Below are positions 48,958 through 61,327 of a stretch of 64,000 bases of DNA, piece after piece. The position numbers and the translations under genes are program-made. Position 1 is the stretch's first letter; every line of letters starts with the position of its first letter. The DNA comes from Azolla caroliniana (taxonomy: Eukaryota > Plantae > Polypodiophyta): contig JBHGNT010000014.1 in the NCBI GenBank assembly GCA_043228905.1, positions 12,152,001 through 12,216,000 of the forward strand. Direction: 5' to 3'. The notes under the pieces were generated by a model. The model was not told the DNA's origin. It saw only the letters and a list, made by a program, of their open reading frames with translations, and made no database searches.

Positions 48958-51900
48958 GACTATATCCTAGCCAATTGACTAAATAGTAGAGCTTGTTGCA
49001 AACAATCTTGGAATCGAGGATGGCGACAACCTTGTACTCAAGTCCATTGTCAAGTTCGATCGGTTGTGGAATACGTCTTGGGATGGTGTTGTCTTGATAG
49101 GGTTCGAGGAGAGAACTATAAAACACTGGATGTATGTGAAGTTGCAAGGGTAGATCGAGACGAAAAGTAACATCATTAATCTTTCTGATAATACGGAAAG
49201 GACCTAATCGCCGATAATCCAACTTCTCACATGGGCGAGTAGTCTTGATGTGTCGTCGTAGTAGCCATACCCGATCTCCAATGTCAAAACCGGATGGAAA
49301 CCAATGACGATCCGCGTAAACCTTGTGTTTTTGTTGAGCTTGTTGTAGATGAGTAGATAAATTTTCTTGTATCTTGCGGAACCGCTCCAAACGATCCTCT
49401 GCACAAGGATTTGTGGGTAACTCTGGGGTTTCAAATACACACCACCGAGGATGACAACCCGTATAAGCATAAAATGGCATAACTTTAGCCGATGAGTGGA
49501 CAGAGTTATTATAGGCAAATTCGGCAATGTGGAGAATATCTGCCCAGTCATCCTGATGATAGCTTAGAAAGCACCGAAGATACTACTCCAACGTTTGATT
49601 TGTTCATTCTACTTGACCGTCATATTTGCGGGTGGTAGCCGGAGGATAGGTTACAAGTGACCTTGAGCATTTTAGAAAGGTGCTTCCAGAATTTCGAGAC
49701 GAACTGGGGTCCACGGTCGCTGAAGATATTATCGGGAAGGCCATGATGCCAACATACTTCACGCATGACAATTTCGGCAATTTCTTCACTGGAGATTTCC
49801 TTAGTGCATGGTAGGAAATGAGCCATCTTTGTATATCGATCTACTACTGTTAAAATCGCATTGAATCCCTTAGAGACTGGAAGATCTGTGACGAAATCTA
49901 GAGTAATGGATTGTCACGGTTTGCTTGGAATTGGTAATGGTTCTAATAAACCATATGTATGATGCCTTGGCATTTTTGCTCTGCAACATGTATCACAAGT
50001 CCGAACAAAATCTTCGACAAATTGTCGCATACAGGGCCACTAGAATAATCGTTGTACTAAATCTAATGTCTTAGTACTACCAAAATGCCCAGTTGTATAT
50101 GTGTCATGACAGTTTTGGACTACTTGAAGGTGGCAAGAACCATTAGGAACATACAAGAGTTTCTTAAAGAATAGTAATCCATCATGACATTCGAATTGTC
50201 GATAGTTCGTACCTGGTTGTTGCGACTGTGAACAAGATGCTCGAGAGGGATCAATTTGTGCTAAAATGTCTTGGGCGATAGCATTTGTCTTCAAGTCCTC
50301 ACGTATGGTATCAATAACGTGGGAATCCAAGGGCATGTTGAAGACCTGTGTTGCTTGCAGTCATGCCAGTCCCAAGATTACTTGCTTTTGGTTATTGAAA
50401 GTTGGCTCGCCGGGACACGGTGCTAGATACGAACACCATGATAATGCATCTGCCTTCCCTTGGTGCTTCCCCAGACGATATGTAATTTTGAAGTCGAAAT
50501 GCATGAGGAATTGGTCCCACCGAGCTGGACGTCGATTTAACACACAAGCACTCTAAAAGTAGGCAAGTTTTTTGTGATCACTGAATACGGTGACTTGATG
50601 AGAGGATCCCTCTAGAAAATACCTCCATTGCGTAAAAGAGTCCACTATTGCAAATAGCTCCTTATCATGAATTTCATAGTTGATTTCGGCGGCGTCAAAC
50701 TTGCGTGAGTGGAAAACGACAGGATGTAGCTTTTCATCATTACCTTGTTGTGACAGAATGCTACCCAATGCGAAATCCGACGCCTCCGCTTCCATGATGA
50801 ATGGTTTTTCCGGATCAACGTGAGCTAGAATAGAACCCGTTGTAAATGCCTTCTTAAGATTCTCAAAAGCCAAGTCCAATTCTTCAGACCAAAAGAACAA
50901 TTGTCCCTTCTTAGTAAGTTGTGTGAGAGGCAGAACAAGCTTTGAGTAATCTTGTATAAACTTGTGGTAGAAATTGGCAAAGCCTAAAAAGCATTGCACA
51001 TCTTGCAATGAACGTGGAGTTTGCCACTCTACCACCATTTTGACCTTAGGTGGATCCATGGAGATGCCTTCCGAGGAGATAACATAGCCCAGAAATTCCA
51101 CCTGGTTGCACCCAAAACGACATTTTTCCAGCTTTGCATAAAGACCATGTTCTCGAAGTCGTTTTAGTACTAACAGTACATGAGAATCATGCTCTCCTTT
51201 GGGTCTTTGAATAAACCAGTAGATCATCCAAATAGATGAGAAAACAAACATCCAAGAGATCTCAGAATATATCATTTGCCATGTGCTGGAAGACTGTTGG
51301 CGCATTAGTGAGGCCGAACGGCATGACCGTATACTCGAAGTGCCCATATCTGCTGCGAAACACGGTCTTCCATTCATCTCCTGGTCGGATCCATACGAGG
51401 TTATATGCTCCCCGTAAGTCGATCTTCGTCAAGAACCTTGCAGCATTGATCCGTTCTAAAAGACTTGAGATAAAGGGAAGTGCATACCTATTTCTGATGG
51501 TGACCTTATTTAAGCCACGATAATCTACAACGAGATGAAGTGATCCATCCTTTTTCTTGACGAAGAAAATGGGTGCGCCAGCTAGAGATTTCGAGTGTCG
51601 AATGAAACCATTTTCCAAATTCTCCTCTATATAGGCTCGAAGGATTCTAGCTCGGTTGGTGACAAATTGTAGATTGGTCCCCATGGTGGCTCTTTTCCCG
51701 GTTGTAAATCGATGGGGCAGTCATACAGTCGATGGTGAGGAAGCGTATTGGCTTGTACTTTATCGAACACATCGGCATAACGATGATACTTCTTTGGAAG
51801 TTGAATGGTGGACTCCTCTTTAGTGGTGTCGAAGGGTTTTGCTGATATTGTGAAGAGAAACATTTCTTCCTTGCGTCCTTCTTCCTACAACTGATCTAGG

Positions 51901-52572
51901 GAAATGGTTACAATCTTATGAGTAGATCCTCGGGCTTTTCGATACTGGATTTCTCTTGTTCTCCAATCTATGTCTGGGTTATGTAATTCGAACCATGGTA
52001 ATCCTAAAACAATGGGATGTTCTGGGATAGTAATTATATTAAATGATACTACACACGCTAGATTATCTAGGACAATATTAACGGGCTCTGACTCTTCTAT
52101 GATATTTCCAGAAGCAATGGGATGACCATGAATGACTACTACAGAGGCTGGACACGGGAGTTTTCTGAGAGATATCTAATGAGCTTGGGCAAAATTCCTA
52201 TCCATGAAGCAAGAATTAGCTTCGGAATCTAGAAGCTCTAAGACATGTATTGGAGGGGTACTTTTAGTACTAACTGTTACTTGGGCTACAAACACATTGC
52301 TAACTTGCTTAGAGGGAATGGAACCACTAATGGGCTGCACAGATCTAGGGCTGTCCAACCAAACGACTCCTATTTTGGCTAGACTTAGTCGTTTAACTAT
52401 TCTTCTAACTGACTAAGGACATCAAATTTGTTTGCTAGATTTGGGCTATTAGTACTATTAGGACTATCAGATATTCCTACTGAAATAGACTTGGGTTTAG
52501 TACAATTAGAACTAGCAACTATTTGGTTTACCTGTCTTCTTGGCCTATGGGGACAATTTACTACAATGTGAC

Positions 52573-52950
52573 TGTTGAGAATCAAGCTCAACTTGGTCTC
52601 GTGTGTGAACTCACCTTGAGAGTGAATAGACACTCCAATGGTCAAGACTCACCACTATGTCACCACTTTGTATTCTAGCATTTAGTATGAGTCATAGAAT
52701 CATAGTCTATGACACATAACTTATGAGCTTTCACATTCCCCATGCTCCATGAGTCTTGTAGTTAATGAAGAGAGAGGGTAAATATATAAAGCACCCTCCT
52801 CCCACCTTGTATAGTGTTGAGTCTTTCTCCTTTGTTAATATACTTTTACCTTGCGTATTCTCTGTGTATTACTTATTGTCTCTCTCTCTCTCATACACAC
52901 ACAGTTCACACCTATTCCACTTCACAAGAATCCATATCCGATTCTTTATA
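52573..52950 (+). mobile_element. Copia-type solo LTR inserted in the gag zinc knuckle
   Basis: TGTTGAG..TTTATA; TSD GTGAC; start resembles the 18107 LTR (atcaagctcaactt). Confidence 0.9.
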
Positions 52951-54143
52951 GTGACCTAGTCCACCACAATAAAGACATAGTCGATTTGCTCGACGTCGCT
53001 ACTTTTCTTCTTCCGATAATGGTCCGCGACAACGTGTAGTGTCAATCTCCATCAGAGTCAGAGTATTCACTGGAGACACATTATATGACTCCCTCGGAAA
53101 AGGTTTCGCTACCACCGAGGTGTAGGTGGGCTCTGACCTTGCCCTCGGCATTTGGAATTGTCGTTCCGAACGTCGTTCAAAAAGGCAATTGTCACGTCTC
53201 ACTGCACGACTGATTGCTTCTATTAATGACTTTGGTTCTTAGGGGAAGGTCAAGAATAAATCCTTGACATCGTTGCGTAAACCATAACGAAATTGCTCCA
53301 TCAATGCTTGATCATCCCAAGGGATACCGGCGGTGAGTAGGCGGAAATCTACAACGTATGCAGAGGCTAGATGATCACCTTGGCGTAATCATCGGATTTT
53401 GTTTATTGTTTTCCTTATGTTGTCAGTATCTCCAAAACAGGCTTTAAACTCGCTTTTAAATTCTTCAAAATTGTTTAGTAATGGAGATTCCTTTTCTAAC
53501 AATGGAGCGAACCATGCCAATGCTGAGCCACTAAGTAGAGTGCCTACTAGTCCCACTCGTGATGCATCGGTGGGATATCGAGAAGGATGCATTTGAATCA
53601 CTAAACGTACTTAATTCAGAAAACCTCAAAACTGTGATCAGGTCCCATCAAATTTTGTAGGAAGACCAATCTTGGGTTCTTTGTGAATCCCTTGAGTGCT
53701 GGATCCTTGTTGTTGTAGTGATACAATAGTCGCTTCAAGTTGTTGTACATGTAACGTCAGCTTCTCGTGTTGTTGTTTTTCCAACGCTATTTGTTGAAGA
53801 TCCCCCAACCAATGGTGATTTTCTTGTTCTAGTGCTACAAATTTCTCTTTTAAGCATGAGAGCTCCGAGAAAACAAATTGGTATTCTTGAGCGATAACAG
53901 TTTCCATTTTACTAGGGAGGATAAGAGGATTAGTATGAAGGGAAAAAAGAGGTAAGAAGATGAGGGAAACCAGAAAGAAGACCGAAAAAAAGGGGATATG
54001 TAAGAAGATAAAAGGAAGAGGAGGAAAGGAGGAGGCGAAATCGGTTCAAACTGTCAGGAATAGTACTAAGACAGAGAAGAAATTAGTACTAAGAGAGGAA
54101 TATTAGTACTTAGAGGAATAGAGGGTGTAGAACACTCAAGAGA

Positions 54144-54187
<44 letters not shown>

Positions 54188-54416
54188 AAATGATGATGAC
54201 AGCGATATATTATGTGAGAAGAATATACAACGAAGTCTAGGAGGCTTAAGACTGGCGTTGAACTGATTTGGTTCGAAATAATGCCTTGTGCCTCCTGTTA
54301 TAGTGTTCTCAAGAGTACTCCTAAAGTTTCTAGAATGTTCCAGAGAAATTTGGAATATACATCAATTTTCTATAATAAAACTTAAATGAACATAATATTT
54401 TTCGTATTACAATAGA

Positions 54417-54471
54417 TGGTATAATGGTCAAGAGCTCGACCCATGTAACAGAAGGTCACGGGTTCGAGTCC
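54417..54471 (+). promoter_or_regulatory. tRNA-type Pol III internal promoter-like module (A box and B box) at the LTR tip
   Basis: TGGTATAATGG (54417-54427) matches TRGYNNARNGG; GGTTCGAGTCC (54461-54471) matches GGTTCGANTCC; 33-nt spacer; equivalents at 5061-5114 and in the other LTR copies. Confidence 0.6.
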
Positions 54472-55300
54472 TACCATATCATGACAAGCCCTGATAGAAG
54501 CCTACCAAGAATTGGTGAAAAGGACCCGCACAGCTGCCAAATAGCAAATAGGCGCGCAAACAAGTGAAGCAAGTGATAGAGCTCTGGTAGGCTTCAAAAA
54601 GCTGAGTGGCCGAGCTCGAACGAAAGCTCTAGGAAATCATAAGCTTAGGGCACCCTAGTCAGGCGAATGCTTCCACACACTAGATTAGTCCACCTATCTA
54701 CAAGGCCGAGGAACTCACGCCTCGATTACCGCCACTGAACACAACACACCCCTGCCTCTCGACACGATAGTGGCACCACCACCAAACTATGAAGAAGAAT
54801 TGGTAGCCTAGAAGGTGATTACCAAGAAAACCAAAGAACAATACCAGGAGGCCAAAGAGGAAATCGACTACATCCGCGAGCAAGCACAAAAGCGAGAAGT
54901 TGACTTACAACAACAACTCAACACATGAACGGCCGAATATACGCACACCCTCCAAGATAGGGAAGTGAGAGTCACGGCAGTTCTTCAGGTTGCCGATGAT
55001 GAATCGACTGCCAAGCTCCACGATATGGAAGCGAAAGCCACGACCACTCTTCAAGCCGCTAACGGTATATCGGCTGCCAAAATACATGCGATAGAGGAAG
55101 GGTACCAACGAGCATACGCATACGCTATCCAAAACGACCAACTCCTGACTCTCCGAAACGAGCACACTAGACTGCAGTGACACTTCGGTTTACAACATCA
55201 GATGGAGAGCGAAAAGAATGCTTTTGAAGATTCCCTCCACGAACTTGAGACCACAGCACAACAAGACCTAACAAAGTATAAGCAGGAGATGGATGAGGAC

Positions 55301-55635
55301 AAAGACTAGATCATCCGAAAATATGAGCAAAATACGGAGTTGTTCCAGAAGAAGGTTGAAGGAATAAGCACCTCGTTCCAAGTCGCAAAAACCAAGCTCA
55401 AACTCGACGCCGTGATCGCAAATAACGAAATGGACACACTCTGTGTAAAATACTAGATGGGCGAAGAAAGACCAGATCATCCAAAAATATGAGCAAAATA
55501 CGGAGTTGTTCCAGAAGAAGGTTGAAGGAATAAGCACCTCGTTCCAAGTCGCAAAAACCAAGCTCAAACTCAACACCGTGATCGCCAATAACGAAATGGA
55601 CACGCTCCTTGTAAAATACTAGATGGGCGAAGAAT
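55301..55635. repeat. ~166 bp tandem duplication in the coiled-coil part of the extra ORF
   Basis: agatcatcc.aaaatatgagcaaaatacggagttgttccagaag present twice. Confidence 0.9.
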
Positions 55636-56920
55636 GAGTCAAGGCTTTAATAGCAAAACACCGTTAAGCGGCTGAACCAAAAGGTCGGAAACGCACAAGC
55701 TTGGGGATGGAACGAATGGTCGGCACAAGCAGCCGAATTACAAATATTCTGAGTAGATGCCGAGAATTAGAAGGAGGGTCGTGTATTGTTTAACGTGGAT
55801 GAAAGTAGCATTTTGGTGCTCTGAGAGGACCTCACCAAGGAGTTCCACGCCCTAGCATAGACACATACCACGTTGATTGGGACCCTCCTGGAAGAATTCA
55901 CCAACGATCAACTCCTTCTCACCATTGAAATGGATGGGTATGAATGCGGGCACCTCTAGGCCGAGAAGGTTGCAATGGCCTCTACACAAGGAACATCTTA
56001 AGTCTTGCCCGAAAGTGCAACACATGGACCAAAAGAGCCGCAAAATGAGGATCTGATGCGTCAAGCATAAGAGTAGGAACCCGCGGATTTGGCTCATTAA
56101 CATGACAAACAGGAACCGTCACCAGACGCACCAACCTAGCAGACCATTCCGAAGAATGAAATAAGCGAAGAGCAAGTCGTGCCCCCAGAGCATAGGGCCG
56201 ATCTCTAGAGGACTCAACGTAGACGGATGGCATTTTGCCAAGTTTGGAAGAAGACTAATGTACAATAGCATTTTTTTATTCTTTCGATTTTTTTCGAGTG
56301 TGGAATATTTTCGAGTTTTTCAATTATTTTGTTGATTTTTCGAGTTCGACATTCAAGGCACTCTCCCATGGGCATGCCAGGTGTTACTCTATGGGACAGA
56401 CGAGCCAAAGTATTAAAGGATCGCGAAGGAAAAGTATAAAAAAGATGCGGGGACAAATGTGAAAGAACCAAAAGAAACTGAATACAAATAGCCGAAGGTA
56501 TTTAAAGCTAAATATTAAGGAGGGGGGTAGTTGAGAAAGCGTCGAGTCAAGGGAAAGCTATATAATCGAGGAAATGACGAACATATAGAGAGAATAGAGA
56601 AACCATAGAGATCGTAGACTAAATCCTGAGAGTTCTAAGCTTAAATTAGAAAACGAGTGAGTGAGTGCTATATTGATTTTACTCAGTACTATAATGTTAT
56701 TGTATTGTATGTGATTATAATCAAATATCTATATACTTCGTGGGCAGGCACTGTGTTTGTCTCAATTAAATCTATTTTTATCTATCTACGTTCGGTTTGT
56801 GCAATTGTTGTTTCGAATCGGCTGTAGCCGATTCTGCTAAGTGAACTTCTCGCTTTCGGGAACACTCCAATTAGGCACGGGGTCTACGTCTCCACGCACC
56901 ACATTCCTTGACATGATTAC

Positions 56921-57466
56921 TCAAGAGGAGTAATCGAAGGTGTTCTCTAGGAGGGAGTAACACGTACCTTTGAGGTATACCCAACTATTTTCGAGTACAA
57001 ACCTCCTCTTTCTATCATCCGTCAATGTGCATACAACAAGCCTTTCTCCTGAGCGAGTAACACCATGTTTCCCAACTTGGTGTACCCCATATACATTCAC
57101 ATCCGACATACCATAATGGATACAAAAAAATTCACCAATAGCCTTTCCAAGGGATGCAGGTGTTTCTATACTCTCCTCCTTAATCCCATGAATGACAATG
57201 TTCTTTGAACATCGTTCACGTTCTTTTAATTCTCGGACATCAATGCTTTCTATATTTTTCTCTTGATTCATCACATGCATAATAGATGAGTTGGATACCA
57301 CATCTCCACCACATACATCAACCTAGGACTTTGTTGTGCATCTCACTTACATCCTGCCTCATCGTGTCCAATTTTTCTTCTTTTAATGCTTCCTTTAACT
57401 CAATCTTGTTAATGCACTCATTTATTTCGAAAGAAGTTCTTGAATCTCATCTTTAAGTTTTGCAAC
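56921..57466 (-). pseudogene. LINE ORF1 fragment (coiled coil followed by RRM-like region)
   Basis: ELKERERCSKNIVIHGIKEE..VHQVGK..RLVVCTL..KRRFVL..LKGT pattern of L1/CR1/RTEX-type ORF1. Confidence 0.75.
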
Positions 57467-57952
57467 TGTTGCCGATTAGGAACACGGTCCGCAGTCAATC
57501 CTTCGACCTAGACCTCAAAGTGGGTGTGGAACAACGAACAGGTGTTTAAGCATAATGCGTAGGGGAAGAATCCATGTAACCTATCAGTGCATAAGGGAGA
57601 CGGCTACAACCGAATCCCTATCACGGGTTACACTTACGTACTTAAACGCTTAGGTATTCAAGACACACACAGTGAATTAGTCGTAGCTATACACAGGAAA
57701 TCAGAGAAGATAGAATTCTATTATCAAGCGTTTCTTTACATTCCCAAAATTACACGCACCCCTATCAAAGGTTTTTCTACCCTTTATATACGCAGGGTCT
57801 ATTTAGCCGTTCACGTTTCCTGTGTGAACCGTTACATGCGTTATGCTCCTATATTATTTCCTATTCCTACGCTTTGTCCGTCGGTTACTATTCTGGCGGA
57901 CAACACCTGGCACACTTGTGGGACAGTGCCCTGGCACGTCGGACCCATCCCG

Positions 57953-60900
57953 TTAATCCTCTTCCAAAATGGCCCGGATGTTTGGCTCTGTTGCGGTGTT
58001 CGCGTCCGTAGGTGACGTAGGGCCCATAGGTGCATTGTGGTGTGGCTCCCCTATTTGGTTGGGTTGGTTTCTCCCGGAGTCGCCGTCGCTGTGTGTGGGC
58101 GGTCCGGGTACGATGGACTCTTCTTGAGCTAGTGGGTTGGGCTCTGCCGTTGTCGTGCTTGTAGTCGGCTGCGGCTCTGCCTCTATTGTTGCGTCCTCCG
58201 TAGTGTCAGCCATTTTTGTAAGTTCCGGGGAGTGGGGCGGAGATTCCGCCTTGCCTGCACTGTTCTTCGTGTGGTCTGATGATAGTGTGGGCTCGTGCGA
58301 ATAAACCTCTTGTTGTGCAGTGGTTTCGATGTCTGGTCCTGTGGGGAACTCCGCTCGTCGGTCCCCGCTATTCTCCATCGTTGTCATTTCTGGTGAACAG
58401 GCCTGAGGTTCCTCTTCTTCGACTGTGCCCGGAATTGGCGTCGCGCTGGATTCCTACGTGTTGCCGGCTTGTGTGATCTGGTGAAATAGCTCCTCCTAGC
58501 TTTCACCAAAATCATCTAAGAGCTACGCGAGTTCTTCGGAGTGTTGGTCCGCTAGCGCACGATAGTCTTGCACTAGGTCCTCCCGTACGGCCGCAATGCT
58601 CTCCTCATTTAGTTTATAGAACCCTCGACCGTCTTTTCGCCGGTTTTCCCAGTCCGCACGATACGCGTGCAATTCCGCTGCTTGGGTTGCCCACGCCATC
58701 CATCCTTTGTCCAGCGCCGTTTTCAATTGCACTGTGAACCTCTCCCTATTTGTTTGGAGCAGGATACACACGTTATCTGTGATGGCCTGGCAATGGTTGC
58801 GTGCGTCTTCCATCGACTTCTGGAGATTTGCGATTTCCTGTTGTTTCACCGCTGGGATTCCTTTGCATGCTCTTCTTCTAATTTCACCATTTCATTGTTT
58901 AGGCGGATTTTGAGCTGATGCCTGCTGTCTTGTTCGACCACCAACTGCTCATCGAACCATACCTTCTTTTTTCCTAACAAGGCCCGAAGTCTCGTTATTG
59001 CTGCCTCCGATTTCTTCGCGTCCTCCCGTAATTGAGCGGTGTCTTCTTTTGTCTGGATGTGCTGAGCTACCTCCGTAGCGAGTTTCTCTTCAAGGGTTTT
59101 TACTGCCTTCCGGCCGTTAGCTCGTATCTCCTTTTCTGTGTCTGAGGATTGGCGTAGTTCTGCTCGAAGGCAGTCAATTTCTGATTCCGCTAGTTGCACG
59201 GCCTTTTTCGCTTTGGAGGCGATGGCGGTTTGAGCCTCTATTTCTTCTTTTAAAGCGTCGATGGCGTGGTTCGGGGGCGGGGTTTCGTGTTGCGTTGTAG
59301 TCGCGTGAGCGTCCAACTCCACGACGCGTGCGTTGGCTTTTTGCAGTTCGGCTTGGATCAGTTTAACCTTCTTCCAGAAATTCTTATTTTTTATGGCCAT
59401 CTCCTTGGCGCTCGTGCTGACCTTTGCCAGTTCCCGATGGACTTCGACTAGGACCGTGTTTAATGGGGGTATCTCCATCCCCACTCGGCGTACCCCGGCG
59501 TTCCTCTGTCTGCCGACCCTGGCTAGCCGGTCCTCATCGTCGCTCTCCATTGTTTGTGTTAGGGTGCGCTCGATCATCTGGCGTTCTGCATGCTCTTCGG
59601 CCATTCATTGGGCAGCTTTTACCTGTTGCGTTGCCAGGAACTCCATGAGCTCAAAAGAAATACCGAACTGCAAGAGGGCATTGAACTTGTGGGTCGTATC
59701 CGGGATATCCGGATATGCCAAAACCTCGCTTTCCGCCGTCAATACGGCCTTCCCTCGTTGGGATTGGGTCATAATGATCGGTCGTGGCTCCCGGATGATT
59801 TCGAAGGTGGTATTGGGTTCCGTAGCTGCGGAACCATCGCCTTCGGTCGGTGTTTCTGTCGCCGTGGGGGCATTTTTGACCAGCCCCCGCCCATCTTTCC
59901 TGTCCAATCTACGCCGTTTTGGTCTGGGGCTCTCCTACCGTGTTTCGGTGTTTGGCTCTGGGGCTGCTTCCATGGAACGTGTTAGTTGTTCCTCCTGCGT
60001 TGTCCGTGTGTCCTGTTGGTCGGTAGGAGGTGTTGTCCTTGGGTCTGGCTGGGCGGGTTGTGTCAAGAACTACTCATTCCTTATGCGCAGCGCTCGGCCA
60101 CAACCGAGCTTAGAATCATACACAGAAAACGGGAAATAATGAACGACACGAAGAAGAGACGAGTACGCAGGATGTTTACGTGGAAAACCCATACTAAGGG
60201 AAAAAACCACGGCAGCCCACAGACTGCAAACTATCACAATGCTAGAATGTACAACAGTGAGTTCACGGAGGCAACGACCTCGTGCTCATGATCCTCGCCA
60301 CAGGCGGCGGTTACAACTGAGGCAACGACCTCTTCCTCTCTCTCTCTCTCACTCTCTCTGTACACAGTTACGCGCTCTGATCTCGCGCTGACAACAATAA
60401 CAACTATATCAAAAGGTTTACCCTAAGTCATATTTATACTAATATGACTTTTCGGCTATTTACAAATATAGCCACGATGGACTCTCAGAGACATATTTAC
60501 GAATATGTCTCTTCATCCGGAGAGCACTCCTCACCGGGTCTGCACCATCCGGTCCTCCGTAGCCGGGTACTCCTCATCCGGTTCTCACCGGGTCTGTACC
60601 ATCCGGCTCTCCGTAGCCGGGTACTCCTCATCCGGTTTCGGCCTCGGCCGAGTTTGTTCATCGACACTGTTCTTCTCCCTTCCCATCCGGAGGGATTTGT
60701 CTCCCAACAGGTTGGGGTTCCTCTTCCCACTCTGGGGGCCGATAACTCCGCTAACCTGCGCTTCGCGGATCGGGGCGGGGGCGTGGGTCGGCTGGGCTGT
60801 GGTGCCGGCAGGCCTCGGGGTGGAAATAGTACAGCAAGGTACTATTGTATGATCGGCCTGAGCTTTTTGCCTGCTTGGTACATATGCAGGCCTTCCCGTA

Positions 60901-61327
60901 ATGCCAGCCCTGTGATGACCCCCCAGTTGACGGCACGCCCTTCAAAGGTATCGATAATGATGCCCGCCTTTTGCTTAGGCATCCCATATGCGTTGACATG
61001 TATGCAGCCGACTTCTAGTAGGAACTTGGCAACTTCTCGGAAGAAGGGATCCGGAATCTGCTTTGTTCTATAGGCCTTGGTGGAGCAGGAATATGGACCA
61101 AAATACCGCTGCAGCGCCTCTGCAGGAGGTATTTCGAAATGTCTTTCGCCTAGTGAGGATAGGTCCAACTTCTTCCGAATGGAAGAGTTGGTGACCGTGT
61201 CAATGTTAAGCTTCCTGGCGATGTCCATAGCGTCCGGGTGTGGAGGTGCTTCTGCGACCCGGATGTACCCATCCAGGTGTTTCTCCACGAGCCATCGGCG
61301 TAGGGCAGTAGAGATGAAGATCGGCAT
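57953..61327 (-). pseudogene. Extra 3' ORF of Gypsy B: globular N-terminal domain, Pro/Thr linker, long coiled coil, disordered tail
   Basis: Successive ORF pieces 60842-61327, 59605-59907, 58846-59604, 58523-58849, 57953-58387; split by a solo LTR and a few stops or frameshifts. Confidence 0.8.
60061..60709 (-). mobile_element. Copia-type solo LTR
   Basis: TGTCA..CAACA; perfect TSD GGTTG; shares the aagtcatat..atatgactt TATA motif and TGTTGGGA start with the 41529 LTR. Confidence 0.93.

Larger units (their letters stand above)
47864..54486 (-). mobile_element. Decayed Tcn1-like chromovirus, relative of 4686-10376
   Basis: LTRs 47864-48376 and 54052-54486; TSD GGCCC/AGCCC; gag from 53907; frameshifted pol 48840-52390 collinear with the first copy. 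Confidence 0.95.
25126..56913 (+). mobile_element. Old non-chromovirus Gypsy element A (RT, RH, INT, extra 3' ORF, 3' LTR), fragmented by four direct insertions
   Basis: RT 25126-25918 (VMMFGLK, FLDDF); RH/INT 26693-27227 and 37658-38627; extra ORF 39002-39707, 47338-47863, 54492-~56000; PPT aggaggggggtag ~56518-56530; LTR ~56531-56913. Protein sequence continues across each TSD. Confidence 0.85.

Noticed and set aside
59333-60139. 268-aa plus-strand ORF
   Set aside because: Antisense shadow of the coiled-coil extra ORF; runs across a solo-LTR junction.
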